DNA from: Clostridiales bacterium | GTDB taxonomy: Bacteria > Bacillota > Clostridia > Christensenellales > UBA1242 | Direction: 5' to 3' | DNA: 64,000 nucleotides | Assembly (NCBI GenBank): GCA_015069325.1 | Contig: SVIV01000002.1 | Coordinates: 181,694 to 245,693, forward strand | Notes under the pieces: generated by a model | Told to the model about the DNA's origin: nothing | The model's database searches: none | Seen by the model: only the letters and a program-made list of their open reading frames with translations | Position numbers and translations under genes: made by a program | In this document: positions 46,206 to 56,691 of the stretch, in pieces | Position numbering within the stretch: position 1 is the first letter of the stretch | How the letters are laid out: the number at the start of each line of letters is the position of its first letter

Positions 46206-46859
46206 CTATAAGATAGTAGAATATGCGATTGCCATTGGAAAGCTTAAAGCAATAAACAATAATACCGCAAACACAATTAATGGCTTATTAGAATCTGTAT
46301 GTTTTAATTCTAGTGAATGATAGAGATTAGTAACTAAACCAATTAAAATTCTTACAGCAAAAGTATAAGCGAATGAAGTTTCTAAGTTTGGAACTAAACC
46401 AGTAATTGTTAAAAGTGTGATTAAACCAAAAACTAGCATTTCAAAAGCAAAGAAGTATGGTGCTTTTTCTTCGCTTTTAAATTTTTTAACAAATAGCGTA
46501 AAAATCCAAAGAATTGCCCCAAAAATTAACGCCCCCGCAAAAACGTAATACAAAATTTGTTCAAACTCGCCTATTCCCACTTTTAAATTATTCAACACTG
46601 TTAAAGCTAAAATTGCTAATATTCCTATCCCCATAAATATTTGAGCAATTTTTTTAATTACGCCTTTAACTAAAAAGATAGACATAATTATTGTCGCTAA
46701 TAAAAATGCCATAACTGCAACATTTACCCAACGAGAAACAACACCTGGAATTTCTACATCAGCTAAAATTTGTACTGGCACCAAAATAGCACTAGCGAAA
46801 GCTAAAATAACACCTATTAACGAAACAATAAAATAAGCCTTGTTTAATGTTTTATTCAT
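46206..46859 (-). CDS. hypothetical integral membrane protein
   Basis: 217 aa, about 6 TM helices. RBS AAGGAGGAAA. Confidence 0.55.
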   Translation of the reverse strand: MNKTLNKAYFIVSLIGVILAFASAILVPVQILADVEIPGVVSRWVNVAVMAFLLATIIMSIFLVKGVIKKIAQIFMGIGILAILALTVLNNLKVGIGEFEQILYYVFAGALIFGAILWIFTLFVKKFKSEEKAPYFFAFEMLVFGLITLLTITGLVPNLETSFAYTFAVRILIGLVTNLYHSLELKHTDSNKPLIVFAVLLFIALSFPMAIAYSTIL

Positions 46860-47086
46860 AATATTTCCTCCTTATAATAAGGATACATAAAAATGCATTT
46901 TAAGTCAAGTAAAATCACGCATAAAACAAATCGCATAATTCTTTCGTAAACTTGTCGATAATTCTTTCGCCTTTTGGTTTAAAACCAAGTTTTCAGGGCG
47001 TAATTAAAAAAAGTTAAGACTTTTTGAATCCCAACTTTTTTATCCATAATACTCATTTAACATTAATCAGTCCTTCATTCGGTCTT

Positions 47087-47812
47087 TTATTTTACATATT
47101 TCGTCTGTAAAATCTCAAGATATTTGCCGTCTTTATCATTTGTTGTCAGTTGTGGCAAAACGGTTACCCCACTTTTCCCGCCCTTTACAGCTTCTATAAC
47201 AACTAAAACCACTCGACCTTTTCCATTCTCAGTAAAGAACATTTTTTTGGGTTGAAGATTGTTGCTTAAAAGATTCGCTATAAGTTCTGCACTTCGTTCT
47301 GAAGTATAAACAACATAAAATTTCCCACCAACTTTAAGCATTTTCCCCGCAACCGAGCAAAGTGTTTGTATAGGCAAATATGAAGAATGCCTTGCAATAT
47401 CTCTCACTTGATTTTGATTTCTTGAGATATCCTCTTTCATATAAGGCGGATTTGAGAAAACCACATCAATCTCTCCGCTTTTTATATATTTATCAAAGTT
47501 TGCAATATCATCATTTATGGCTACGAGTTTTTCATTTAAATTGTTTAAAGAAATATTTTTATTAAGCAAATTAAACATTTGTTCTTGTATTTCAAAGCAC
47601 AAACATTTTTGAAATTTAGATTTGGCACTTAAAAGAATTGATATAACCCCACTTCCGCTTCCAACTTCTACACAAAAATCACTTTTTTTTGTTTTTACAA
47701 AGTTTGCTAAAACCACTGAATCTGAAGTAAAAGTATATAATGATTTATCTTGAATAATTTTCAAGCCATCGCATTGCAAATCGTCTATTCGTTCATTTTC
47801 TGCAAGTTTCAT
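47087..47812 (-). CDS. SAM-dependent N6-adenine methyltransferase (YabB/TrmN6-like)
   Basis: 241 aa with VEVGSGSGV SAM motif I and catalytic NPPY (FSNPPYMK). Synteny holB-ricT-yabB. Confidence 0.8.
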   Translation of the reverse strand: MKLAENERIDDLQCDGLKIIQDKSLYTFTSDSVVLANFVKTKKSDFCVEVGSGSGVISILLSAKSKFQKCLCFEIQEQMFNLLNKNISLNNLNEKLVAINDDIANFDKYIKSGEIDVVFSNPPYMKEDISRNQNQVRDIARHSSYLPIQTLCSVAGKMLKVGGKFYVVYTSERSAELIANLLSNNLQPKKMFFTENGKGRVVLVVIEAVKGGKSGVTVLPQLTTNDKDGKYLEILQTKYVK

Positions 47813-47820
47813 ATTCCTGC

Positions 47821-48642
47821 CTACTTGTTGTCATTTTTAAATTTAATTTGATCCAGCGGAAAAGATTTCACTTCGCTTGATGAATCATTTTCAAATTTAA
47901 CTGAAACTGTTTTATTAAGAAGATCATTATAAATTGCCACACCTTCACCTTCTTCTGTAGTAACTTTACTATTGATTTTTGGCATTACTTTTAATGCTTC
48001 AACATAATAAGGATTTTCATAAGCAAGACAGCACAACAGTTTTCCACATAAACCACTTATATTGTTTGGATTTAATGACAATCCTTGATTTTTCGCCATT
48101 TTTATTGACACATAATCATTAATACCAAAGCCTTCTTTACAACAACAAACTTTCCCGCAAATACCAAGTCCACCAATAAGCCTTGTTGCATCTCTAGGCC
48201 CAATTTGGCGAAGCTCTATTCTTGTCTTATATTTATCTGCAAGTTTCTTAACAAGTTCTCTAAAATCAACTCTATCTTCACTTGTAAAATTTATCGTTAG
48301 ACGTGAGAAGTTGTAATTTGACTCAACGTTTACAACTTTCATATCTAAGCCTTCTTTATTTACAATTGCCTTTATTTCAGGATAAAGCGAATTTGCCTTT
48401 TTATAGTTTTCTTCCCCTTCATCAAGTTCTTTTTGTGATGCGATTTTTAAAACATTTTTAAGAGCACCTTCAATTTTACTTTCATCAACCAAAGAAGCAC
48501 CTTTTGTAATTCGCACAATATCTTTTCCCTTCTCTGTATCCACAATTACATAATTGCCCACATTAAGCACAAGACCATTCGGACTAAACCAATAATCGTG
48601 CACCCCATTTCTAAACCTCGCAGAAACAACTTCTATCTGCAT
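47821..48642 (-). CDS. ricT: PSP1-domain protein RicT (YaaT)
   Basis: 273 aa with GLCGKLLCCLAYE and GICGKVCCC Cys clusters, typical of YaaT/PSP1. Downstream of holB. Confidence 0.85.
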   Translation of the reverse strand: MQIEVVSARFRNGVHDYWFSPNGLVLNVGNYVIVDTEKGKDIVRITKGASLVDESKIEGALKNVLKIASQKELDEGEENYKKANSLYPEIKAIVNKEGLDMKVVNVESNYNFSRLTINFTSEDRVDFRELVKKLADKYKTRIELRQIGPRDATRLIGGLGICGKVCCCKEGFGINDYVSIKMAKNQGLSLNPNNISGLCGKLLCCLAYENPYYVEALKVMPKINSKVTTEEGEGVAIYNDLLNKTVSVKFENDSSSEVKSFPLDQIKFKNDNK

Positions 48643-49580
48643 ATATATTTTACCTCCAAAATGTTTAATAATAAGTTTTCAATAACAATAATAAAATTGC
48701 AATTATACATCATTTCTTTGACCGCTTTGGCAAATAATTTTCGTATTTCATTTATAGCAGATATAGTAAATTCGCTTTCAATCATCTGCAATTGCTGAAT
48801 ATACCCTTTAAGTTTAACTTTATTGATTTTTCCCGTCTTGATAAAAAGCATATCTTCAAAAATCAAAGAAAACATTTCTATTAAAAGATTAAACTCATCT
48901 TTATAAGAAGACAGTTTTTTTGAATAAAGAATCAAGTTTTTACTGTTTTTAAGACCTGTAATACAAGACAGCACATCATCAAACATAAACTTTAAATTTT
49001 CTTTTTGACTTAATCTTAATGCCTTTCCCGCATAGCCATCACACAAAGAAACTGCCAGTTCGTTTCCTTCGCATAACTGCCTTGCAACTTCAACAGGCAG
49101 TTTTTCAAGAACTGTTTTATTGCAGCGGGAACGAATTGTTGGCAGAACTTGCTCAATCAATGTTGTAGTTAAAATAAAATATACATTATTTGCTGGTTCT
49201 TCCAACGTTTTTAAAAGTTTATTTTGCGCCTGCTCCATCGCATTATCAATATTTCTAATAATTATAACTTTTTTATCTGCAAATATCGGCTTAATTGATG
49301 CTTCTTCTACAATACTATCGCTATCAGCGACCATAAGCTTTTCTTTTTGTGGATAAATCTTTAAGTCTGGGTGAGATAAATTTTCAACCTTCAAATAGTT
49401 TTCGTTTTTTATAAAATCTCCATTATTAAAAATTACAGATGCTAAGCTCAGTGCAAATTCATAACTATAATTCCCGTCTTGAGTAACAAGCAAAATAGAC
49501 TTTGCAAGAGATCCTTTTTGCATTTCTTCTTGCAATTTTAAAAAGTCACTGCTTTTTGTAATAATATTCTGTAGTTCCAT
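48633..49580 (-). CDS. holB: DNA polymerase III delta' subunit
   Basis: 315 aa. AAA-like clamp-loader fold with LLKTLEEP and TIRSRC (SRC motif). Confidence 0.85.
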   Translation of the reverse strand: MELQNIITKSSDFLKLQEEMQKGSLAKSILLVTQDGNYSYEFALSLASVIFNNGDFIKNENYLKVENLSHPDLKIYPQKEKLMVADSDSIVEEASIKPIFADKKVIIIRNIDNAMEQAQNKLLKTLEEPANNVYFILTTTLIEQVLPTIRSRCNKTVLEKLPVEVARQLCEGNELAVSLCDGYAGKALRLSQKENLKFMFDDVLSCITGLKNSKNLILYSKKLSSYKDEFNLLIEMFSLIFEDMLFIKTGKINKVKLKGYIQQLQMIESEFTISAINEIRKLFAKAVKEMMYNCNFIIVIENLLLNILEVKYICR

Positions 49581-49654
49581 AACTTTATTTTATCACAAAC
49601 TAAACAAGAATGCAAATATATTTTTTAAATAAAAAAGACATCATTTTTGATGTC

Positions 49655-50224
49655 TTAATATCCTGTCCTAATTTCAATTATTGCAACATTATCTTTTTTA
49701 ACCCCTACCTTAATAGAATAAACCACAAATTCAATTATCACATCATAAAGTTCATTGTCGGAAATATATCTCATAAGTTTGCTAAAGCCAGGTATATCCC
49801 AAAGCCTGTCATCGTCTAAAGATGCGTGAAAATTATACTTTGGATTTTCGTAAATATTTCTATGATTTGCATTTTCATCATCTCTTGCAGTAATATCCAC
49901 CATTTCACTTGTGCTATCACGTTTTACAGTAATATCGCCAAGCAAAACAATATCTTCTTGATATGGTCTCATTGAAACAGATATTGTCAGTTCATCGTCA
50001 AACTCAGAAAACTTTTCTTTTGCTTCTTCAAAACTCTTTACATAAAAAAATGCCCCGTTTGTTTTGCTAGTGCTTCTAAGCACATATTCGTCAGCAGGAT
50101 TTAGCTTAAAAAACTCTTCAATTGCATTTTCATCATCAATGTCAAAAACATCTTGTGGAAAATGATTTAATCCCATTTGTTTTATTTTTGCAATGCTATC
50201 TTTTTTATCTTTAATAATAATCAT
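49655..50224 (-). CDS. hypothetical protein
   Basis: 189-aa ORF. Terminator-like palindrome upstream and downstream. No motif recognised. Confidence 0.45.
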   Translation of the reverse strand: MIIIKDKKDSIAKIKQMGLNHFPQDVFDIDDENAIEEFFKLNPADEYVLRSTSKTNGAFFYVKSFEEAKEKFSEFDDELTISVSMRPYQEDIVLLGDITVKRDSTSEMVDITARDDENANHRNIYENPKYNFHASLDDDRLWDIPGFSKLMRYISDNELYDVIIEFVVYSIKVGVKKDNVAIIEIRTGY

Positions 50225-50323
50225 ATCTTCACCTTTAATTCATTTTATCATAAAACATTATATTTATTCAATTAAAATAGTGTGAAAAATAAAAAAGATG
50301 CAAAATTTGCATCTTTTTTTTGT

Positions 50324-52450
50324 TTATTTTAAAGTCAAATATCCAGTTGTGTAATTTGCCATTGACTTGTCTGTTTTACTTGAATTATACGCAACAGCAC
50401 CTACAAGACTTGTGCAATTAGTAAACATATACTCACTAATTGAAACCTTAGCTGTTGACCAAGCACTGCCAACATAAATTGTTGTAAGATTACTGCTGTT
50501 GTAAAACATATATGACATATCTTTTACATTTGATGTGGAAAAACCAGATAAATCTAAAACGGTAAGGACATCACACTTCCCAAACATATATGACATATTT
50601 GTTACATTTGACGTATCAAAATTAGATACATCTATACTTGTAAGACTTTCGCAACCTGCAAACATATTAGCAATATCTGTTACACGCGATGTATCAAAAT
50701 TGACCACATCTATACTTGCAAGACTTTTGCAACCGTTAAACATAAATGACATATCTATTACACGTGATGTGTCAAAACTAGATATATCTAGACTTGTAAT
50801 GGCATAGCAAGATCGAAACATCAGTGACATATCTATTACGAATGATGTATTAAAACTAGATATATCTAAACTTAAAAGCTTAAAGCACTGATTAAACATA
50901 CCGGACATATCTGTTACACGTGATGTATCCCATTCAGATAAATCTAGACTAGTAAGACTTTCGCAATTCCAAAACATAGATGACATATCTGTTACATTTG
51001 AGGTATCAAAACTAGATAAATCTAGACTTTTTATGGCATCACAAGAAGAAAACATTCCTGACATATTTGTTACGTTTGATGTATCCCAGTCAGATAAATC
51101 TAGACTAGCAAGCCTTTTGCAATTCCAAAACATACGTGACATATCTGTTGCACACGATGTATCAAAATTGGACACATTTATACTTCTAAGACTGTTGCAA
51201 CCTGAAAACATAGATGATATATTTGTTACACTTGATGTGTCCCAGTCCGATAAATCCAGACTAGCGAGACTTTCGCAATTCAAAAACATTCCTGACATAT
51301 CTGTTACATTTGAGGTATCAAAACTAGATAAATCTAGACTTGTAAGTTTGCATTCTGAAAACATAGATGACATTTCTTCGACGCTTGATGTGTTTAAATT
51401 TTTAAATATTAAGCTGGTCATATGCGGATAATACCCCTGTTCTATTATATACGGGGAATCATCATATAGATTGCCGTAATCTGCATCAAATTCCATAGAA
51501 CACTCAAACAAGTAAGAAGAGTCTGCGGGCAAACAAATAGTGCCTTCTGAAAGAATATAAGTTTTGCCATCATTCTTAACGACCCAAATGCTGCCGTCTC
51601 CGGCATCAGATACATCGGGTCCTGTTTTCGCAAGTGATGGGTTGTTTTGTGCATAGTCAAAAATCAAATCACCAACTTTATCTTCTTCTAAAACGGTTCC
51701 TGCCCCATAACCCTCTAAATAATACCAAAAATTATTTCTCAATGCTGTCTTTGAAAGCGTTGATACACTTTGTTCTGCTTCACTAAAGTATAACCCTAAC
51801 GCAATGTCTCCTTCAATCGTTGCTTGCTTGTTTATATCAATTACCGAAAGTTCAAAACAAATGATTTTTACGCCAAGTCCTGATACATTGTCATATTGTT
51901 TATTTACATAATCATCAGCTGACATTATTGACGCTGAAGATGAAAGCGCAAATGATTCTGTATTTAAATATGTTGTTTTAACTGTTACATTGTTTCTTGT
52001 TTCATAGTTCCCATTTACAATAACCTGAATAAAATTTCCGTCTGTTTCAATGAGATTATGAATTGTAAAATAAAAATATACCTTTGGAGTTTGTGGAGTA
52101 AGTTTAATATTGCCTATATATACTTCTTTTTCTGTTGACTCATCACTTGAATTAAATGTTATATAGCCGTTACCATCGTGTTCAACATCATTGCCTGCTT
52201 CATTTGTAGTAACTGTAATCGCACCGTCTTCTTTGCCATCACCATCACTATCTTGATTTGGCACGTAATATTCTGTGCGCACCTTCGCTGCAACGTTGTC
52301 GCCTACTGAATAACTTACATTAAATCCTGCCTTATAGTTTTGAGTAGTTGCAGCCCATACTCCGATTACAGCACCAACAACCATTAAAAAACCAAGACAC
52401 ATTGAAATAACGGTAGTTTTAAATTTTTTGCTTGAAACTTGATTTGACAT
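50324..52450 (-). CDS. large DUF285 (BspA-like LRR) surface protein
   Basis: 708 aa. N-terminal TM or signal segment. About 11 tandem 26-aa repeats L.SLDLS.(F/W)DTS.VT.MS.MF..C. C-terminus AVAYNSSKTDKSMANYTTGYLTLK. Confidence 0.8.
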   Translation of the reverse strand: MSNQVSSKKFKTTVISMCLGFLMVVGAVIGVWAATTQNYKAGFNVSYSVGDNVAAKVRTEYYVPNQDSDGDGKEDGAITVTTNEAGNDVEHDGNGYITFNSSDESTEKEVYIGNIKLTPQTPKVYFYFTIHNLIETDGNFIQVIVNGNYETRNNVTVKTTYLNTESFALSSSASIMSADDYVNKQYDNVSGLGVKIICFELSVIDINKQATIEGDIALGLYFSEAEQSVSTLSKTALRNNFWYYLEGYGAGTVLEEDKVGDLIFDYAQNNPSLAKTGPDVSDAGDGSIWVVKNDGKTYILSEGTICLPADSSYLFECSMEFDADYGNLYDDSPYIIEQGYYPHMTSLIFKNLNTSSVEEMSSMFSECKLTSLDLSSFDTSNVTDMSGMFLNCESLASLDLSDWDTSSVTNISSMFSGCNSLRSINVSNFDTSCATDMSRMFWNCKRLASLDLSDWDTSNVTNMSGMFSSCDAIKSLDLSSFDTSNVTDMSSMFWNCESLTSLDLSEWDTSRVTDMSGMFNQCFKLLSLDISSFNTSFVIDMSLMFRSCYAITSLDISSFDTSRVIDMSFMFNGCKSLASIDVVNFDTSRVTDIANMFAGCESLTSIDVSNFDTSNVTNMSYMFGKCDVLTVLDLSGFSTSNVKDMSYMFYNSSNLTTIYVGSAWSTAKVSISEYMFTNCTSLVGAVAYNSSKTDKSMANYTTGYLTLK
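50470..51420 (-). repeat. 78-bp-period coding tandem repeats (DUF285 units)
   Basis: About 11-12 imperfect 78-bp units. They also create long spurious antisense ORFs (50535-50807 and 51033-51431). Confidence 0.85.
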
Positions 52451-52640
52451 TCAATTAATCCCCATTATATTATTTTTAAAATCGAAAAATTTCTCTTATC
52501 TCTTTTATTATAAAGAGAACATCGAAAATAAGTCAAGCAATTTGATTATAAATTCATCTTTGTAGCCTTCTTTTACTTCAATAGCCAATTATACTTACTT
52601 ATTTAAACAAAAAAGAGAGAGCTATTCTCTCTTTCCCCGA

Positions 52641-54668
52641 TTAAAATCCAAAATCGTCGTCTGGTTTATTTCCAAAAACAATATTATTTCTCTTATCAAT
52701 GTCATAGAAAATTCTGCTTACATCTAATGGCTTTGACGTTCTTGCCGGCATTTTTGCCGAACTCTTTTCCATAAATTCACATTCAAAGAATGGAGTCATA
52801 ATATCTTTCATAATGCTCTTTCTGAAAATTTTTGCAATAACAGTCCAACGTGGAAGCTGACGAAGTTCTTGCTTATCGATAAGCGGTTTTCTTGTGCGTT
52901 GAGTTGAAGTCGAAATGTTTTCTCCTTGATTTGTATCTTTTGTATTTCTTGATCTATTTTCTTCTTCGTGGAAGACTGTAGTTTCACCGCAGGCTTCAGA
53001 GAAGGCTTGAATTGTTGAAGGATCTTCCGAACCTAAGAACACTTCCATTTGGAAGTTTCCGCGAATATTCTTCGCTTCTTCTGAACCATATTTAATATCA
53101 AGCTGAGTATAAGATTGTAAGATAATTTCAAAGAAAACATTTCTCGAACGAGCAACAGTAACCATAGTCCCAAATCCAGGAATTGCAGGCATATTACCAA
53201 ATTCATCAAGGATAAAGTAAACAGGACGTTTAAGTTTTCCTTTCTTGCCATTTTTAGGATTAACTGTTTTATTTGCCACATCTACAAGCACTTTATATAG
53301 TTGGCTTATGCAAAGGACACCAATTGGGTGTCTTTCTGTTTTATGGTCAGGAATTCTAATAAAGAATGCTGTTGGTTGATCTGCAAATTTAGTAAAGTCA
53401 ATTTCCGTTCCGCTTGTAACATACAAAATACCGTCATCACCAAGAGTTTTACCTACTGATGAACCAAGAGTTGAAAGGAATGATCTTTGTGTAACTGATG
53501 CCGCACCGCAAACAGTTGACATGAGTTGTTGAACATTTCCGTTGATTGTATCTCTGCCTTCCGCGTATTTTGCAAGAGTTTTCAGTTGACTTTCTCTTTC
53601 CCCTGCAGGATCTCTTTTCATAGCCATTTTGTAAAGGTTGAAGAAGTTGAATTTTTCTTTTGTCATACCAAGTCTTGGATCGCGAGTATCTTCAAGCATC
53701 GCATACATAAGACCTGTAATAAAGTCTCTACAACCATTTGGCCAAGTTGGATCTTTGCATTGTGGATCATCTGGAATAAGAGAAAGCGCAATATTTCTTA
53801 AGTCGCTTTTTGCTTCATCTTCAAGTTTGATTTTTGTCGCAAGAAGTTCTCGCTTAATCATATCGTGAGTTGGGAATGCCTTTCCTTCGAAACCATACCA
53901 AGTATTGCCATAAGTAGCACCATTAAGGTCTGCTTCTGAAATTCGAGTAAATCCCATATCTTCAGGAGTGCAATCAATATACTTTTTCACTTCTTTCGCA
54001 AGATTGCCTGCTCTTTGATAAGTATTGTAAGCAATTTCCATTGGGTTCCACATAGAAGACTCGTAAGGATCGTTAAGGTTTAAAACAATTACGTTATACC
54101 CTTCCTTTCTAAGCACATCTGCGTTGTCTTCATAAAGTTCTCCCTTAGGGTCAGTCATAACAATACTTGGTTTCTCTGCCGAGTGAGATAAAATTCTGAT
54201 TGTTGGGTTTGCGAGAAGTTGTGTTTTACCAGTTCCTGTAGTTCCCAAAACGAGAGCGTGAGTTTCTGGTTTCATATTAACTTCAAACTTACTGCCTACT
54301 CTTTTATTTCTAAAAATGAAACCTGTTTTATTGCACATTGGAAGATCTTTCCAAGTAGAATAAATAAGTTCTTTATCAGTCCTTAAAGTTTCAGCCGAAA
54401 TGAATTTAGAGTCAAATGCAATATCAGTCTCTTCCCCTTCGGTAGTAACACCTTTATTTTTGTGTTTTTCTTCCTTTTTGCCTTTTGTGCATAATCCCAA
54501 AATAAATCCGCCCCCAGCAGCGCACCCCATTATCATAAGTGCAAGATCTGACGTGAGTGAAGCTTGAATATCTTGAGCATTCATATAATTAAGCCCGAAA
54601 CCCGCAGCATAGCCTAGGATTCCAAAAAGTATCATGAATACTATAGCCATTTTGAATTTTCTTCCCAT
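52641..54668 (-). CDS. type IV secretion coupling protein (TraG/VirD4 family)
   Basis: 675 aa. Two N-terminal TM helices. Walker A LGTTGTGKTQ and Walker B-like YFILDEFGN. Confidence 0.8.
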   Translation of the reverse strand: MGRKFKMAIVFMILFGILGYAAGFGLNYMNAQDIQASLTSDLALMIMGCAAGGGFILGLCTKGKKEEKHKNKGVTTEGEETDIAFDSKFISAETLRTDKELIYSTWKDLPMCNKTGFIFRNKRVGSKFEVNMKPETHALVLGTTGTGKTQLLANPTIRILSHSAEKPSIVMTDPKGELYEDNADVLRKEGYNVIVLNLNDPYESSMWNPMEIAYNTYQRAGNLAKEVKKYIDCTPEDMGFTRISEADLNGATYGNTWYGFEGKAFPTHDMIKRELLATKIKLEDEAKSDLRNIALSLIPDDPQCKDPTWPNGCRDFITGLMYAMLEDTRDPRLGMTKEKFNFFNLYKMAMKRDPAGERESQLKTLAKYAEGRDTINGNVQQLMSTVCGAASVTQRSFLSTLGSSVGKTLGDDGILYVTSGTEIDFTKFADQPTAFFIRIPDHKTERHPIGVLCISQLYKVLVDVANKTVNPKNGKKGKLKRPVYFILDEFGNMPAIPGFGTMVTVARSRNVFFEIILQSYTQLDIKYGSEEAKNIRGNFQMEVFLGSEDPSTIQAFSEACGETTVFHEEENRSRNTKDTNQGENISTSTQRTRKPLIDKQELRQLPRWTVIAKIFRKSIMKDIMTPFFECEFMEKSSAKMPARTSKPLDVSRIFYDIDKRNNIVFGNKPDDDFGF

Positions 54669-54851
54669 AAAAATCTCCTTAATTTTAAAATACCACTTTT
54701 AATACTAGTATGTCAAATAATTTGAAGATTTTTCATAATTTATATTACTAATAATATGATTAACACGCACAGGGACGTTTCAAACAAAGTGCTTTTTATT
54801 CAAATTAAAACACCTTGAAGCTGCAATATTTAAAAAACATTTTCTTATTTA

Positions 54852-56690
54852 TTATTCAACCGTTACACTTTTTGCAAGCGACCTTGGCTTATCGGGATTT
54901 ATTCCTAATGCAAGCGACGTATAGTAGGCAATTTTTTGCATATACACAACTGCATATACAGGAAAATACTTTTCTAGCAAGTTATCCACTTTTACACATT
55001 CCGCACCGCACGACACCCCAAAACGACTTATAGCAACTACGTCTGCCCCACGACTCTGAACTTCTTTTATATTCGCTTCCATTAAACCCGCCACTTCATC
55101 AACCGAACAAAAAGCGAAAACTTTACTTCCATTCTCTATTAATGAAATCGTCCCGTGCTTAAGTTCCCCCGCCGGCATCGCTTCACAGTGAATATAAGAA
55201 ATCTCTTTAAGTTTTAGTGCACTTTCTTTTGCAAGAAGATAATCCAGTCCCCGCCCAATCATATAAATACTTTTTTCATTTTTGATTTTTTCAGCAATTT
55301 TTTTACACCACAAATCATTGTTTGTTTGCCTGATTTTTTCAGCAACTTTTTTCAATTGTTCCCCTTCTTCCCGCAAATAATCCTTCCCTTCTTTAACAGA
55401 TTTTAAGAATGCCGAAAAAAGATAGATAAGGGCAACTTGACAGTTGAACGCCTTTGTGCTTGCAACCGCAATTTCTTTGCCAGCATAAGTATAAATTACA
55501 TAATCACACACTCTTGTAATTGTGCTGTTTTTCACATTTGTAATTGCTAGTGTTGATATGCCATTTTCTTTACATCGCGATATCGCCTTCAATGTATCTG
55601 CCGTTTCCCCACTTTGACTTATAAAGACTGCAAGCGTCTTTTGGTCATACAAAAACTCTTTTGAAATAAACTCAGATGCCAGCATAGTTTCAGTTTTAAT
55701 TTTGCACTCTTTTTCAATAATTTCTCCGCCTATTTTCCCTGCATGATATGCTGTTCCGCAACCAATTATCAACAATTTATCGATGCTTTTTAAGTCAATT
55801 TTATCAAAAACACACAAAAAATCATCAATTTTTTCGTATTTTTCAATAGTTTTTAATAAAACTTTAGGAGTTTCGTTTATTTCCTTACACATATAATGTG
55901 GATGATTTTCAACTTCAAAACTATCATTTTCCCTTTCTATATTGATAGATTTTTTTACTTGCTTATTTAGTTTATAATCATATATCTCTACGCAATTTCG
56001 TCCAACAACTGCAAGGTTTTCTTCGTCAAGAATAAATATTTTTTCACACTCTTCAATACTATTTAAATCCGAACATACAACGCCAAATCCTTCCCCACAA
56101 CCAACAACAACCGGACTTTCTTTCTTTGCCACAAAAATTTCATTTGGCCAGTCACTACAAATCACCGCTAGTGCATAACTACCTTCCAAAAGCTCACATA
56201 CATTTCTCAACGTTTCTAAAGGATTTCCGTTATCCATTTTTTCTAAAAGATGAACCACAACTTCAGTATCTGTTTGGCTAACAAAATCACTATCATTAAA
56301 TGAAGATTTTAAATCTATGTAATTTTGAATTATTCCATTGTGAACAAGTGTCCACTTCCCATTTTTACTTATGTGCGGGTGCGAATTTTCAATGCTTACC
56401 TTTCCGTGTGTCACCCACCTGGTATGACAAACTGCAATTTCAGATTCCGCTTCAACGCCTGCCATAACTTTCATTAGCTCTTTTATTTCGCCAGTTTGCT
56501 TAATACAAACAATGTTTTTATCATATATTTTGATATTTTTATTTAATTTTTCATCTCTAATCTGCAAATTTTTGTTTTTATTCAAAAAAGCAATCCCAGC
56601 AGAATCATACCCCCTATATTCTAATCGAGATATTCCCTTCAATGTTTTTTCAATTGCATTGTTTCCTATATAACCATAAACTCCGCACAT
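54852..56690 (-). CDS. glmS: glutamine--fructose-6-phosphate aminotransferase
   Basis: 612 aa. MCGVYGYIG N-terminal nucleophile, two SIS domains, C-terminal KSVTVE. Confidence 0.97.
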   Translation of the reverse strand: MCGVYGYIGNNAIEKTLKGISRLEYRGYDSAGIAFLNKNKNLQIRDEKLNKNIKIYDKNIVCIKQTGEIKELMKVMAGVEAESEIAVCHTRWVTHGKVSIENSHPHISKNGKWTLVHNGIIQNYIDLKSSFNDSDFVSQTDTEVVVHLLEKMDNGNPLETLRNVCELLEGSYALAVICSDWPNEIFVAKKESPVVVGCGEGFGVVCSDLNSIEECEKIFILDEENLAVVGRNCVEIYDYKLNKQVKKSINIERENDSFEVENHPHYMCKEINETPKVLLKTIEKYEKIDDFLCVFDKIDLKSIDKLLIIGCGTAYHAGKIGGEIIEKECKIKTETMLASEFISKEFLYDQKTLAVFISQSGETADTLKAISRCKENGISTLAITNVKNSTITRVCDYVIYTYAGKEIAVASTKAFNCQVALIYLFSAFLKSVKEGKDYLREEGEQLKKVAEKIRQTNNDLWCKKIAEKIKNEKSIYMIGRGLDYLLAKESALKLKEISYIHCEAMPAGELKHGTISLIENGSKVFAFCSVDEVAGLMEANIKEVQSRGADVVAISRFGVSCGAECVKVDNLLEKYFPVYAVVYMQKIAYYTSLALGINPDKPRSLAKSVTVE

Positions 56691-56691
56691 A

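Noticed and set aside
46940-46975. Direct repeat ATAATTCTTTCG x2 (11-bp spacer) upstream of the 217-aa membrane protein gene, as a regulator site.
   Set aside because: There is only a single pair of 12-mers in AT-rich DNA, with no associated regulator gene. It is noted but not supportable as a feature.
50470-51420. Regular 78-bp periodicity that might suggest a CRISPR or other non-coding array. Long antisense ORFs lie at 50535-50807 and 51033-51431.
   Set aside because: The periodicity is the coding repeat of a DUF285 protein in one long open frame. There are no unique spacers. The antisense ORFs are by-products of the repeat.
54669-54851. A Tn7-like or CAST insertion downstream of glmS.
   Set aside because: No tnsA-E, tniQ or cas genes are present. 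No 8-bp terminal inverted repeats or multiple TnsB-type binding repeats are visible. Only an orphan T4CP lies next to the site.
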